NCBI GenBank assembly: GCA_041558415.1
Contig: JBFFEY010000013.1
Coordinates: 183 to 64,182, forward strand
Direction: 5' to 3'
DNA length: 64,000 nucleotides
DNA from: Burkholderiales bacterium
GTDB taxonomy: Bacteria > Pseudomonadota > Gammaproteobacteria > Burkholderiales > SG8-39
Position numbers and translations under genes: made by a program. Under the pieces are notes generated by a model. That model worked only from the letters and a program-made list of their open reading frames with translations, was not told the DNA's origin and made no database searches. Positions 63,605 through 64,000 of the stretch are shown here, in pieces; the first letter of the stretch is position 1; the number at the start of each line of letters is the position of its first letter.

Positions 63605-64000
63605 ATGAGACCCTTCAAGAAGCTTCCCGGCGCCCTGTTCCGCGCGCTCGGCTACTACCCGACGCGGCTGCGCGGCGCGCCGCTGCGCGTCGACCCGAAC
63701 CACTGGCGTTTCTGGCGCAAGGCGGCGCGTGGGCTGTGGGAGCCGGACACGCTCGCGCTGCTCGAACAGCAGCTGTCGCCGCAGATGACGGTCTGCGACA
63801 TCGGCGCGTGGATCGGCCCGACCGTGCTGTTCGCGGCGCAGCGCTGCCGCCACGTCTATTGTTTCGAACCGGACACCGCCGCCTACGCCGAGCTGCTGCG
63901 CAACCTGCAGCTAAACGCCGCGCGCAACGTCACGCCGTTCAACCTGGCGCTGACGGCACGCGACGGCACGCGCAGGCTGGCGAGCTTCGGCGGCGAGCCC
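63605..64000 (+). CDS. FkbM-family methyltransferase, N-terminal part; the gene runs off the right edge
   Basis: Not in the track because there is no stop. Hand translation from ATG 63605 gives MRPFKKLPGALFRALGYYPTRLRG...MTVCDIGAWIGPTVLFAAQRCRHVYCFEPD...NVTPFNLALTARDG. The SAM-binding motif DIGAxxG is present. Confidence 0.55.
   Translation, partial: MRPFKKLPGALFRALGYYPTRLRGAPLRVDPNHWRFWRKAARGLWEPDTLALLEQQLSPQMTVCDIGAWIGPTVLFAAQRCRHVYCFEPDTAAYAELLRNLQLNAARNVTPFNLALTARDGTRRLASFGGEP

Overview
GC-rich proteobacterial chromosomal segment: a typical 60-nt line at 13381 counts 41/60 G+C by hand. It is tightly packed with about 60 protein-coding genes. I recognised no rRNA, tRNA, CRISPR array, transposase or integrase. 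All calls rest on reading the supplied ORF translations, and on hand translation where the track has no entry. No searches were run, so family names are recognition by eye and start codons are my choices. Many long track ORFs are GC-driven antisense artefacts or carry spurious N-terminal extensions, which I trimmed to starts that fit a signal peptide, an RBS or an ATGA overlap. Content from left to right:
- Molybdoenzyme fragment and an FAD dehydrogenase.
- First of three paralogous class III cyclase-TPR proteins.
- B12-radical-SAM / PD40 beta-propeller / DUF2085 operon.
- Low-GC islet with a monoheme cytochrome c flanked by two paralogous small secreted proteins.
- MFS transporter, RraA-like protein and a 2-hydroxyacid dehydrogenase.
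- Orphan ATP-grasp ligase.
- Six-gene CoA-ester operon.
- Envelope proteins followed by split pqiA-pqiB-pqiC.
- corA, ferritin-like protein, pirin, MFS transporter, DUF1326, LOG-family protein and an ABC-F ATPase.
- Two tandem cyclase paralogs.
- Six-gene amidoligase operon (papain-like peptidase, RimK-type ATP-grasp, GCS2 ligase, N-formylglutamate amidohydrolase, DUF2272 lipoprotein, secreted protein).
- XylX/KGSADH-like pair with a divergent CoA-ester cluster.
- Host-attachment protein, DUF72, HPF, and a YegS-like kinase coupled to a cNMP-domain Na+/H+ antiporter.
- Crotonase plus acyl-CoA synthetase, and a partial FkbM methyltransferase.
The best candidates for uncharacterised biology are the amidoligase operon (43570-49232) and the radical-SAM trio (5232-8754). 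The cyclase family with a non-canonical substrate-specifying residue pair comes next.
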